Part shown: one piece after another, positions 24,296 to 36,566 of the stretch | Numbering within the stretch: the stretch's first letter is position 1 | Layout: the number at the start of each line of letters is the position of its first letter | Assembly: GCF_001194135.2 (NCBI RefSeq) | Contig: NC_068981.1 | Coordinates: 57,729,092-57,793,091, forward strand | DNA: 64,000 bases | DNA from: Octopus bimaculoides | Taxonomy: Eukaryota | Direction: 5' to 3' | Notes under the pieces: model-generated | What the model saw: only the letters and a program-made list of their open reading frames with translations | The model's database searches: none | What the model was told of the DNA's origin: nothing | Program-made: the position numbers and the translations under genes

Positions 24296-24557
24296 CCCAT
24301 GTGGGCATGTACAGCCACAGCAGATGTTGCACCACCATCAGCAGCTGACACAAATTCTCCATGCATAGATCCATGGTCACTCGAGATTGATGGATGCATC
24401 ATCATCATTTAACGTCAGCATGGACAACAGACGTTAAATGATGAAGATGATGATGCATCAATCAGTCTCGAGGGACCATGGATCTGTGCCCGGAGAATTT
24501 GTGTCAGCTGCTGATGGTAGTGCAGCATCTGCTGTGGCTGTAGCAGGCCCACATGGG
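24296..24557. repeat. Fold-back: ~120-bp arms, 13-nt loop
   Basis: 24296-24416 is the reverse complement of 24430-24557 (cccatgtggg...catttaacgtc / gacgttaaatg...cccacatggg). Confidence 0.9.
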
Positions 24558-26740
24558 AGCGGCAGTCAGACATACAGGAACTGCATTTAAAGAAGCTTTC
24601 TACCAGCACTACTGGCTTTTCCTTGGTGAACAAGTTCCAGTTTCTCTTCCCTTCGCAGTATTTGTCTCCAGCATGGGTGATCACTTGAAACCTTCTCCCA
24701 TCTCAGGACATCCAGATCTATTGCCTTCATATCTCTCTTGCAGATGAGGTCAACCTCATGTTCTTCTGCTGGTGACCAATTCTCCATACAAGAGGTCTTT
24801 CAGGATCCTCCCATCTGGCATGAAATGTGCACATCCAAGCCAGTGCAGACAGTGCTGCTGGAGCAGGGTGAATATACTGGATATCTTGGTGTGGTTGAGA
24901 ACTTTGGTGTTGGTGACTCGGTCAGTCCACCTGATATCCAAGATGCATCTCAGATTACAAAGGTGGAAGACATTAAAAAGCTACTTTTGTCTCACTGCCA
25001 TAAAATAGCGTGCTGAGGATGCATGCCTTGTAGACGGCAACCTTGGTGTGTGTGGTCAGTTTTCTGTTCTCCCAGATTCTCATTGTGAGCCTTTGTGGCA
25101 AATGTGGAGGATGCCTGTCCAATTTGCCTGCTGATCTCACAGTCCAGGAAGAGATCATCAAGAGCCGAGGTAGGTGAATTCATGGATTACCTCTAGCTTG
25201 TGTTGTTGACGGTGGGGTATGCTTGATACCATGGCCCAGTATGTTGGTCTTCTTCAGACTAATAGTCAGGCTGAATCTCTGACAAGCCTTTGAAAGTTTG
25301 TCCACGAAGTACTGCATTTGCTCCTCAGAGTGCACTGTCAATGCTATGTTATCCATGAACAGTATTTCTCTGATGAGTACCTGACAAACCCTGGATTTTA
25401 GCCTCAACAAATTATTTAGTTTACTGTCTGATCTGGTGTGGAGGTAAACGCCATCAGTTGATGTTCTAAATGTGTGTTTCAGCATGACTGTAAAGGAGAT
25501 GCCAAACAGGGTGGAAGCAAGCACACAGCCCTGCTTCATGCCGCTACATATGCTGAATGCTTCTGAAGAAGAGCCATTAAACTGAACAACAGCTTTCATA
25601 TCTGCATGAAACAATTGGACAATCCTGAGGAGTCTTGAAGGACAGCCAATCTTGGCAAGGATTTTGAACAGGCCATTTGTACTAACAAAGTTAAAAGCCT
25701 TTGTGACGTTGATGAAGGTGATGAAGAGTGGTTGTTTTTGCTCTCAGCAGCCCTGTAGCTGTTAAAGAGAGCCTTCTGATCTGAAACCACACTGCGATTT
25801 TCTGTAGTCTGTTCAGGACCACATGGGCAAAGACTTTCCCAACAGTGCTTAACAGTGAGACACCTCAGTAGTTATTGCAGTTGCTTCTGTCCCCTTTGTT
25901 CTTATGTAGGCTAAGTACTTGTACACCTGATGATCTTGGGTAGGATGTCATCCAAACCTGGTGCATTTCCAATGGGCAAGCCATCAATGGCCCTGCTCAG
26001 TTCTTCAGCAGTTAGCAGTGTGTCCAGCTCCTCCATGACAGGTAGATGTTCCATGGTGTCTAGTGCACTGTCCAGGATGTTGTTTTCCTTGGCATAGAGT
26101 TTGGAATAATGTTCCACCCATCTCTCCAGCTGCTCTCTTTTGCCCTTGATGACTTCCTCTGTTTTGGATTTGAGTGGAGCTATCTTGCTCTGCGTTTGGC
26201 CAATGGCTTTCTTGATACCCTCATACATTCTGCGAATGTTGCCTGTGTCAAGCAACAGTTGGATGTATTCATGTAACCAGTAGTCATTTGCACAGTGCGT
26301 CACTGTCTTCTGCATGTTATACCCTATGATCTCAATGCTTGCAGCATTGACCTTGTGGGTTGGTGTTTGTGCTTCAATAGGGCAGCATGCTTCCTCTCTG
26401 TGGGCATATTGAGCTCTTTCACACTCACCTCAAACCAGTCTTGTGTCATTTTCTGCCGCTTTTTAAAGGCCCTCAGTGCAGTGCTATGGGTAATGTCCCT
26501 GAGAGAGTCTCATCTTTGCTGGATATTACCTTGCACTGGGTCTGCAAGAAGGGCATCTTCCAGTAACTTGAGGAGTGCATCTGTCTCAGCAGGCTGCTGA
26601 GTTGCAGTAGCATTGATATGCTGCTTGCCTGGAGGCTTGGCACAGTGCATCATTTTTGGTTGGAGTTTGAGATTGCAGCAAACCAGGGAGTGGTCTGTAT
26701 CACAGGCAGCGCTCTGAAAGGACCGAATCAGGAGTATGAA
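24430..26740 (-). mobile_element. Decayed RTE LINE of a second (BovB-like) subfamily, ~2.3 kb
   Basis: Consecutive minus-strand ORF pieces: 'GNIRRMYEGIKK..', 'ELSRAIDGLPIGNAPGLDD', 'FSICSGMKQGCVLASTLF', 'ILSTLFYGSET', 'WTDRVTNTKVL', 'DGRILKDLLYGEL'. Frameshifted. Confidence 0.9.
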
Positions 26741-27759
26741 TCTTGTTAAAAAAAGAACATGCTAGTCTTTTAATACATTGCCTAGACCCCTATATGTCTC
26801 TTCTCTCTCACTCTTTCCCCCTCTTTGTATCTCTCCATCTACTGACTGCTTGTGCCGCCGCCACCATCATCATCATCATCACAGAAAACATTTTTAAGTT
26901 AGTCTCAACTACCCATTTGTGGACTTTAAACAGTAAGCCTGCTCTGTTCCTCTGTTAGATTCAGAAAAATAATGAGGTTCAATAAATTAAATGTGAAAAT
27001 AAAATAAATAAAATCAATAGTGGTTGAATGTATCAAGAAACATTGATTTCTGTGAAGAAGGGCTTTCGTCATGTCAGTCTAATCAAAAATGTAAAAAATT
27101 GTTAAAGGAAACGAACACAGAAGCTACTAATTTCAATACTTCTCATAAATAATTCTTAATTTAAAGGAACTCAGTGACTTCACATATTATAGAATTCCCA
27201 CAAAACTTTAAAAAAGTATGCCAACATCATGAAATTGTCTAATTGTGTTTTAGTAAAAAATCTGAACATTTGATCTGATGGTTTAAATTATCATCCATTA
27301 AAAAGTATAAACTTGTTATATATAGTAATGGAATCTTTCTTCAATACAAGACCTATTTTGTAGAGTACTATTTATAGATGAGAGAATCAGTCTCAGTGTA
27401 TTACAGGTGCAATCTTATTAAATAAAAAAGTAATAATAACAATAATGTTCAAATTTGAACATTAATCTTCATCATTTAATGTCCACTTTCCATGCTGGCA
27501 TGGGTTAGACGGTTTGACTGGAACTAGTAAGCCGGAAAGCTGCACCAGGTTCCAGTCTGATTTGGTATGGTTTCTATGGCTGGATGTCCTTCTTAACACC
27601 AACTACTCTGAGACTGTAATGGGTGCTTTTTATGTTCCACTAGCATGGGTACCATTTACATGACACCAGCATGCTAGACCACTGTTCTTAGTGAGACGAA
27701 ATGATAAATAAAGTTTATATTTGTCATCTATAATTTATAATGTAATGAAAGCAACATAC

Positions 27760-27906
27760 CTGAGATACATTTCCAGATCCTGTGAAAATAAAAGTAAGTG
27801 GACCAATTGATTTAGGCATTCGACCTAGGGCTATTTCATAACCAGCATCTCGAATAGCTTGGAGGGCCATCTGACTGCTCCGGTAATTGTGGCTTGCTCC
27901 TATATG
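27760..27906 (-). CDS. AASS: AASS coding exon 4 (147 nt), after a 20.7-kb intron
   Basis: Reads [49 protein letters not shown], including the Rossmann GxGxxS motif. Acceptor tctattttag, donor GTATGT, phase 0/0. Confidence 0.97.
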
Positions 27907-28599
27907 CTAAAATAGAAATCCAGCAAATCACCAGGCATTAATCTCATACAAATGAGAAATAAGAAATTTTTATATAAAAGACAAAGATAGAAACAGCAAT
28001 TATTACCATTATCAATAAAACTACAAGGTGTGTGGGGGTTAATTCTAATTACTACAATATGTTGTACCCCTCGACAAGGCATTTAACATTTAGCAACATA
28101 AAAAACATTTAATTGTTAAAAGTGGTTCAAAAAATGTATGCAAATGCTCAACCTTACAGAAGCTCTTCTAGGCATACTATCATTGAAAAACAGAGGTAAA
28201 TATAGTAATAAATTAGAAAAACTACAAATATCTTAGTTTCCTTCATCTACTTTCTTTGACAGTTAGATGCAAAATTAAAAATTCAAAAAAAAAAAATCAA
28301 TTTAGTAAGACAAACAGCTGTTTGATGAGAATAGCAATAGCAGAATGTCACAGGTTAGCTGCAATGGAAAGTGGTCAGTAAAAGGACAGACATTTTAGAA
28401 GGGGAGTATAATTGATTAACTTGAATAATATGTGATGAAATTTATTCTAATAACCCTGAAAGACTATAAAGTAATGTTGAATTCCTGCTGTTGTATAGCA
28501 TTCAACACAGATAATACTAAATACTGTAGGGCTCTTGTACGAAACCATTTTTGTCACTCCACTACTTTCAAAAATAGCAGTAATAATAATAATGGTTTC

Positions 28600-28810
28600 A
28601 AATTTTGGCACAGGGCCAGCAATTTTTGAGGGAAGAGGGGAAGATGACTACATCCACCCTAGTACTTCACTGGTACTTATTTTATTAACCTCAAAAGGAT
28701 GAAAGGCAGAGTTAACCTCAGCAGAATGTGAACTCAGAATGTAAAAACAGATGAAATGCTGCTAACCATTTTGTGGCATATAAACAGTTCTGCCAGCTTA
28801 CCACCTCAAC
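28600..28810 (-). mobile_element. SINE with Deu/Nin-like central domain
   Basis: Reverse complement of the well-preserved copy at 57410-57650. Another copy lies at about 53700-53870. Confidence 0.7.
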
Positions 28811-29296
28811 AATAACAATTCTTTCTACTATAGATATTTTGTCCATCTTTACGTTCTGAGTTCAAATTCCATTGAGGTTAATAAATTTTAACAGAATGAT
28901 GGATAGTAAAGCAGTTGAATTAAATAAGTTGAGTTATAATCAAGCCTTTGATATGTATGTTTTTGAGACATTATTTATGAGACATTATTAATGATATGGC
29001 TTATGTTTAGTTCTGGTCTCAGTAAAAACCATGCCAAATCAGACTGGAGTCTGGTGCAGCCTTCCAGCGTCCCAGCCCAGTCAAACTGTTCAACCAATGC
29101 CGGCATGGACAACGGACATTAAATGATGATGATGATATATATACATATGTGTGTGTGTGTGTGTGTGTGTGTGTATGCATACATGTGTGCATGTGTCTAT
29201 GTATGTATGTGTATATATATGTGTGTCTGTCTGTATGTATGTATATGCATGAACATGAAATTACTTGTCTAAGTATTAATCTTTCTTTCTCCTTCT

Positions 29297-29450
29297 ATTG
29301 GGTTGGTGCATAATTATTGCAACTTTTTTTTCAACAAATTTTATTCAACAAAAACATCTTGAAACGATGGTCTGACCATTTGCCAAGCAAATAGGAAGCG
29401 GTAATTGAAGTAGATGGTGAATATGCTCTGGAATAATCATTTAACGATGT
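29297..29450 (+). mobile_element. Internally deleted mariner remnant (one TIR + transposase C-terminus)
   Basis: TA-ttgggttggtgcataattattgc TIR followed by '..DHLPSK*EAVIEVDGEYALE*'. No right TIR found. Confidence 0.6.
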
Positions 29451-31509
29451 TTTTGTTACATGTTGTTATTGTTTTCATATATATAAAACTTTTCTTGATT
29501 TCATTTACTTTTCTCCTCTTCTCTTTCTTTTTCTTCCTCATACGTTTTTGTATTATTAGCACACAAAAGTTTTCAAAATGTCCAGGGGGAAAAGGTTTTC
29601 AGTTTAGTTGTATTTAGCATAATTTCACTTATGATTAGATTTTATTAAATTTTCATTAAATAAAAGTAATTTCTGTTTAATAGGTATCACATTAAAAGCT
29701 ATTAAATTAAAAAGTGTTTGTGTTGTCTTCTATATAAATAAAATCAGTGGGGTTGCAAAAAAAATTCATAATTTCTCAAATTTTCTTTTTTATAGCATAT
29801 AAATCCATTTATGGGGGAAAAAATATTGAAAAACACCAATACAAGCGATAGTGATAAAGAAACAAGGAGGGTTGTCTTATGATGTACAAGAAACAACAGA
29901 CAAATTGCCCTTAAATCATTCACTTTTCCCTCTGAAAATATTCAGGTTTTTTTTTTTTTTTTTAAATACCTAAAATGCTCTTCCCATGGTTTTGAAGTGC
30001 AAAAAACAAATTGGCCAAAATAGGACCAGAGTGGGATGATTTGTTCCTGAAAGTTATGAGGGAAAAAAAAGTCAAATTGTGTGAATTTTCTGAAACTTCT
30101 TTCCAGTTCCTCAGAAAAATTCTTTCCCATAAATCCCTATATACTATGAAGCCACAACATCTAAGTGGTATTTGTAGAAAATTTTAAGAAGTATCCATTT
30201 TTCTGGATGTTATGAGGCAATAAAGTCGGGAGCATATTCATCTGTAATAATGCCCTTTTATTTATACAATTTTTTCATCTCATGTTTATTTCATTCATTG
30301 TTTGCTGTGTTCTCTCTCCTCCTCCTCTCTTTCACACACACACTGCAGATGGGCTGCTGAATTGAAATCTCTATGTTGCTTTGAAGGGAAAGTAAAACTT
30401 GACGAACTGCTTCTCGCTCTGTTGGATTACCATGATGTTTGTTTAAACAACAGAGATTATGACTGATAAAACAACGAAAGCAATATTTACTAAGCAATGA
30501 GCACTATTATACACAAATAATTAGATGTAAAATATCATAAAACTTATTAGAATTGTGTGTGTGTGTGTGTGTGTGTGTGTAAGTCCATATCTTTGTAAAT
30601 GCATGCCTATCTATCTAGTTATATTCCTACATGCATATTTTTCAGTCATTTGTCCTTTTTGTTTTTTACATTTATATGCATTTATTTCTATTTATCTATG
30701 AGATTATAATGCCGTGCACCTGTGTGTAGTCATGTGTATATCTTTACTTATACATGCCTTTGATACACTAACTGTATGGACATATAAGTGACTTTTGTTA
30801 GATTTCTTTGTATATATATCTATATATAAAAAAAAAATATGCCAAGACACAACATATCCAAACACCAGTGTCCCAGAATGCCCTGTGTAAATGAGATAAG
30901 TGTACTGAACATACTGTTGTGCAAAACAGAAGTTATTTTGCTAAGACATACACTACAGCTAGCATATTTTATGACTGAAACTGCCTAAACATGTTAAAAA
31001 CAACTATGCAAATATTCATTCATATTTCTATGTCAGTGTCAATAGATTTCTGTGCATATGTCTATATTGATGGGTACATGTATATATGTGTGTGTGTCTT
31101 ATCATGGCTGCCGAATAATTGTCACATATTATTTCCAGATAAATTCCTCTATTTACATAATATCGAGGTCTCTTTCTTTCTTTTGCTGTCTTACCTTTTC
31201 TATCAATATATNNNNNNNNNNATTACTTGGTACATCAGTTGAATACCATATAAATACTGGTACAATGCAATTATAAGGATAAATTAAATAGAGAGAAACT
31301 ATTGACAATCCAATAATTTATTTATATTACAATATTACATGATATACTACGAATATGATATAACATAATATTATATAACATCATCATCATCATCATCGTT
31401 TAACGTCCGCTTTCCATGCTAGCAAGGGTTGGACGATTTGACTGAGGACTGGTGAAACCGGATAGCAACACCAGGCTCCAATCTAAATTTGGCAGAGTTT
31501 CTACAGCTT

Positions 31510-32630
31510 AAAAAAACCATAAAAGGCTAACAAATTGTTTCGACTTATATATTTTTCTGACATACATACATAATAACAGTTCCCTTATATATAAAGTCAC
31601 TTCAGGGTCATGGTTTAAATATAGACGAAATTTCATGTGAAAGGATGGCTGGATTGTAAAAATTAATTCAAATGTCTATAAGTATGAGCGTTTACTATTC
31701 AATCATACATCAATTACAATTAAAAAACACTTTTGCAGATGAAACAACCAAGTAAGTGCAATCCACAACCATCAAAATTCACTTCGTTACATCTCAAACA
31801 CAGGATGAAAGGATAGCTGGATTGTAAAAATTAATTCAAATATCTATGTATTATGCAATATTCATTCATATTTCTATTTAAATAAACTTAGGTCTAATGA
31901 TAATAAATATATGCCATAATAAATGTATCTCAAATACACTCAATGATGTTAAGTATAAGGAAGATAATTATATTTGGTTTATCATCCCTTAAGCACAACA
32001 AATGAAAATGAATCTGGTCAAGCTATTTTACAGATCTATATCTACGCGCTTTAATAAAGAACATAAATATTATAAAATAATTAATAATAAAAGGATTAGA
32101 ATAGGTTTTTCAGTATCTAAAAATGTGTTTAGAATTATCTCCTCCTTTAATAATAAAAGTTTGGACAATTTTTATAATAAAAGGAAAAATAACAATATTA
32201 CAGATAATGATCTAGCTAGAAACTAAATTTTTTGTAGATATAAGGATAAATGTTTATTTAATAAGTTTTGTTTACAGAACAATATTGCATATAGATGTAG
32301 GGTGGATTCAGAATGAAGAAATTATTTTTACATAGGATCTATGGAAAATTTTATTAAAAAACGGATAGCAGACCATGAATACACCTTTAGAAATAGAGAT
32401 AGGTTTAACAGTACTAGTCTAAGTAAACTAATTTGGGAATTGAAAGATAGTAAGAAATCATACAAAATAAATTGGAAAATACTTTGTCATGCAAGATCAT
32501 ATAAAATTAACGATGCTAGATGCAACTTGTGTACAGATGAATTAACATATCAGAAGAAATTGCTTAATGAAAGACATGAAGGTGTTCTATCTTGTACACA
32601 CTATTCTAAATACATGTTTAGAAAATTTTA
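31510..32630 (+). mobile_element. Penelope-like element 3' portion (GIY-YIG region) with upstream pLTR-like repeats
   Basis: ORFs 32002..32226 and 32341..32670: 'FIKKRIADHEYTFRNRDRFNSTSLSKLIWELKD...INWKIL...CNLCTDE...LLNERHE'. A ~50-bp direct repeat at about 31637 and 31806. Confidence 0.85.
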
Positions 32631-32859
32631 TGAAGTATGTATATCTGTATTCATATGTATCCATTTATAAGTGTACATATACATGTATATATATGAATAA
32701 CTATATATTTGTGTATATACATGTAAGCGCTTGTATACATGGGCATATGTTATTATGTACTTATCTGATGCCATCAATATATCATTATGCACATGTATGT
32801 GTTTGAGCTTGTATATATGGATATACATATGGATATATATATATATATACATACACACA

Positions 32860-33370
32860 CAGGAGCCAATCAGGGGGTACTGGCATCGGTCACAATCGGT
32901 TGGTGCCTTTTACGTGCTGCTGGCACAGGAGCCAGTCAGGGGGAACTGGCCACAGCTACAATATTGGTTTTACTTGACTCAACAGGTCTTCTCAAGCATA
33001 TCATATCACCCAACGCATCAGGAGTATTCTTAACAGGGATGGACATGTGTGGCTGTGATCTCATTTTAGTTGCTGGATCTTCTCAATCACAGCATATCTA
33101 CAAAGGTCCCAGTCTCCTGTCATTGCCTCTGTGAGGCTCAATGTTCCAAGATCATGTTTCACCACCTCATCCCATGTCTTCGTGGGTCTATCTCTTCCAC
33201 AGGTTCCTTCTACAGTTAGAGTGGCACTTCCTCACATAGCTGTCTTCATTCATACGTAACACATGACCATACCAGTGCAGTCGCCTTTCTTGCACACTAC
33301 ATTTGATGCTTCTTATGCTCAACTTTTCTCTCAGAGCACTTATACTCTGTCATGTATGCACACTGACATT
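32860..33370 (-). mobile_element. RTE LINE 3' end
   Basis: Tandem 3'UTR units followed by the ORF C-terminus region (accacctcatcccatgtcttc...). Confidence 0.8.
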
Positions 33371-33918
33371 ACACATCCATGTATATATACTTGCTATTGT
33401 ACTAGCAATTATAAATCTGGCTACACTCCTTAAAACTACTAATCTCATGGACAGTCATATGACCTTAGTAATGACCATAGCAACATCTTATTTTCTATGA
33501 CCTTAGTAACACCTTGTCATTTTCTATTTACCTCTACTGTATTTTTTATGTGCAGGTTCTTAATGTTAGTCATAAGTAAAATGTGTTTCAATTCACATAT
33601 TCTGTCTTTTATGTATGCATATGAATAGTTTTTGATAGTGATCTTTTCTATATATGTAAAAGCTTTCCCAAATAAACTTGCACTTTGTTATATAAACTCT
33701 GAGCAATCTTGATGGTGATGCACAAGCTTTGAGTGTACTGCATCTTATAGCAGAAACAGCTGTAAGCTAATGAAGTTCATTGCAAAATTTCCTTCTCCTT
33801 TGGCATTTATTTAATTTCATATATACACTATGTACTCAAAGTTTTATTCTGAAGCATATTTATATTGCATTCTAACACCAGATTATTATCACTATGTGAA
33901 GCATTAACATCTCTCTCT

Positions 33919-33960
<42 letters not shown>

Positions 33961-34649
33961 TAGGATATAACTCCCCAAAGGTCATCTTTAAAACACTAAT
34001 TAGCAAGCAGTAACAAGAATAGTAGGATAAGAGAATGTAAAATTGCTTCATATTTATGAGGCTAAAAGTGCAAAAGATCACAAAAAAATATCAACTACAT
34101 CCATTCTTATCTGACAATGCATTTGCTTCATTTGCTATGAACTAAATTCAGACACATTTCTGATAATTATATAATTCACACAACAAGAGAAAGCAATATA
34201 TGCTGAGTTCTCAGAATATTATATTCAAGAGCAATAGTACTTCCAGAAGAAATGCCTTACAACATTTCTACCCTACAAATATCAAAGTACAAAACTCAAA
34301 GGGATAAATTTCATTTCTCATTTCCTCCCCATTAATAAAGTAAGTACTAAGAATACACTAGAGTTAAATTGGCAATACTTCACCCTTTAAAATAAGTTGG
34401 CTTTACGCCTTTTAAACATCAGTGATGGAACAATAGTAGTGTATTGGATTAAATGCATTACAGTATCTAGTGATATCTTCCTCAGTCCCAAGATAAAACC
34501 TGCTGAGCTCCACTCTACTTTTTATCCCAATGTTGATAAAACAAATAGTTGTTATAGTCAAGTTGATTCCATCTAACACTTCCCACCTCTACAAATGTAA
34601 GCCTTGCACTTACTAAAATATGAGTATAATCTTATATATAAATGGCAAT

Positions 34650-34800
34650 TTCTGTCTGTTACCATCTCTCCACCTATACCAGTGAACCAATCTTGATGAA
34701 ACTTTGCATGCATGTTAAACTAATATCCAGTTCAATTATAAGCTAATTAGATTTTTAAAAAAATCGATAACAGACCCCTTATGGGGGTTGGGCTATTATA
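34650..34800. mobile_element. Helentron/DINE-like non-autonomous fragment
   Basis: ctgtctgtt...aaccaatcttgatgaaactttgcatgcatg...gatttttaaaaaaatcg plus a GACCCCT-TAT-GGGGGTT stem-loop. Family assignment is from motif resemblance only. Confidence 0.4.
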
Positions 34801-35424
34801 TGACAAAATGAAAAGGGTGCAAAATGTTAGGTTGAGGGAAATGTGGTGGCATAACGAGTGGCTGATATTAGGGAAGGGGAGGAGTCAGGAAAAGACAGAG
34901 ACAGGGAATGCGAGATACAGAGAGAGAATGTGTTTACTGAAGGGAACAGTGAATTTTAATATTTTGTTCTTTAATTTTTACCTATCAGTTAACGCATACA
35001 CTTTAGTGAATTAACTATTGTATGCTCAATCAAAACTTTTACAATATGTCCAACAACAGATATAAAACTAACAAGTGAAAGGTTAAGTGTTTTTATATTT
35101 GTTTTCAAATCACCATATTAAGATTTATTAAAACTTTACCAATGTACTGAAACAATAAAACTATGTCTTTCATTTTCTTCCATAGCTAAAACTGTTTCAT
35201 TCTTAATATAAATTGAAAAATAACACACAATTCAAACTAGATATAAGAATATAAAAACATTCAGAGGAGTTGTTTCTTTACATTGCACCTTTAATACTAT
35301 TACATTGCACCTTCAATACTACTTATATGGAATTTTACATCATCCTAAAATTCTAATGGTTCAGAAAAATATTCAATTCAATCTTCCAATTTTCAATGCA
35401 TGTAACTGTCTGTCTTTCTACTCC

Positions 35425-36291
35425 AAAGGTCCCGGTCACTAATCATTGCCTCAGTAAGGCCCAATGTTCGAAGTCATGCTTCACCACCTTATCCCAGGTT
35501 TTCCTGTCTACCTCTTCCACAGGTTCCCTCAACTGCTAGGGTGTGACACTTTTTCACACAGCTATCCTCATTCATTCACAACACATGGACCATACCAGCG
35601 CAGTCGTCTCTCTTGCACACCACAACTGATGCTTCTTAAATTCAACTTTTCTCTCAGGGCATTTACACTGTTGTGTATGCACACTGACATTACACATCCA
35701 GCGGAGCATACTGGCTTCATTCCTTGCAAGCGTACGCATGTCCTCAGCAGTCACAGCCCATGTTTCACTGCCATGTAGCATGGCAGTTTGCACATGTGTC
35801 ATACAGTCTACCTTTTACTCTGAGCGAGAGGTCCTCCAACCAGCAGAGGTAGGAGCTCTCTGAACTTTGCCCAGGCTATTCTTATTCTAGCAGCTACACT
35901 TTCAGAGCATCCACCCATGCTACTAACTTGGTTCCCTAGGTAACAGAAGCTATCAACTACTAGTTTTCCTCCCTAGAATGTGACAGAAGCTGAGCATTTG
36001 CCACGTACAAAAACTATTTTCCCAGTTAGCCTCCCTTTGATACTGCTACACCTCTTATGTGTCCATAGCTTACACTGGGTACATCTTATGGAGTTTCTAC
36101 CTACGCCTTTTCTACAGATCGAGCAAGTCCAACTATCTGAAGGGTCTTGTCTGCCTTCCTACTTATTAAGACTTTGGTTTTAGCTAGGTTGACTCTAAGG
36201 CCCTTCAATTCTAATCCTTGCTTCCAAACCTGAAACTTTTCCTCTAGTTCTCATAGTGACTCAGCAATTGGAGCAAGGTCATCAGCATAGA
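35425..36291 (-). mobile_element. RTE LINE RT/C-terminal fragment
   Basis: ORF 35572..35802 reads 'MLHGSETWAVTAEDMRTLARNEASMLRWM'. Truncated at the YADD codon (ctatgctgatgacc on minus) near 36290. Confidence 0.88.
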
Positions 36292-36344
36292 TAACGTAGA
36301 AGTGCTCAAGTCAAACCTGAGGCGCCAGACAAGTATAGTGGATA

Positions 36345-36566
36345 GAATGAAAAAAAGTTCAAATCAGGCAGGCTACAATTAACACATACATACATGGGTT
36401 TAATTAAGATAAAATAAGGATTGTCCGAACTGAAATGTATACTTTTATATTTCTAATATATCAATATCAATATATGTTTCAGTTCAGACAATCCTTATTT
36501 TATCTTAACTAAACCTGTATATATATGTGTTAATCGTAGTCTGCCTGATTTGAACTTTTTCCATTC
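36345..36566. repeat. AT-rich fold-back: ~96-bp arms, ~30-nt loop
   Basis: 36345-36441 is the reverse complement of 36471-36566 (gaatg...gttcaaatcaggcaggctac...gaactgaaa / tttcagttc...gtagtctgcctgatttgaac...cattc). Confidence 0.88.

Noticed and set aside
29700-30170. Repeat-like non-coding block
   Set aside because: Probably a non-autonomous DNA transposon, but no termini, TSD or second copy could be established in this window.
31739-31803. Possible 13-nt exon and 52-nt intron (GTAAGT...CACAG) in the PLE 5' region
   Set aside because: Weak pyrimidine tract and very short lengths; not distinguishable from chance without family alignment.
32567-33134. Short ORFs rich in Y/I/C/V/H (also near 38504-38875, 33872 and 45866)
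   Set aside because: Translations of (TA)n, (GT)n and (GA)n microsatellites and RTE 3'UTR; not genes.
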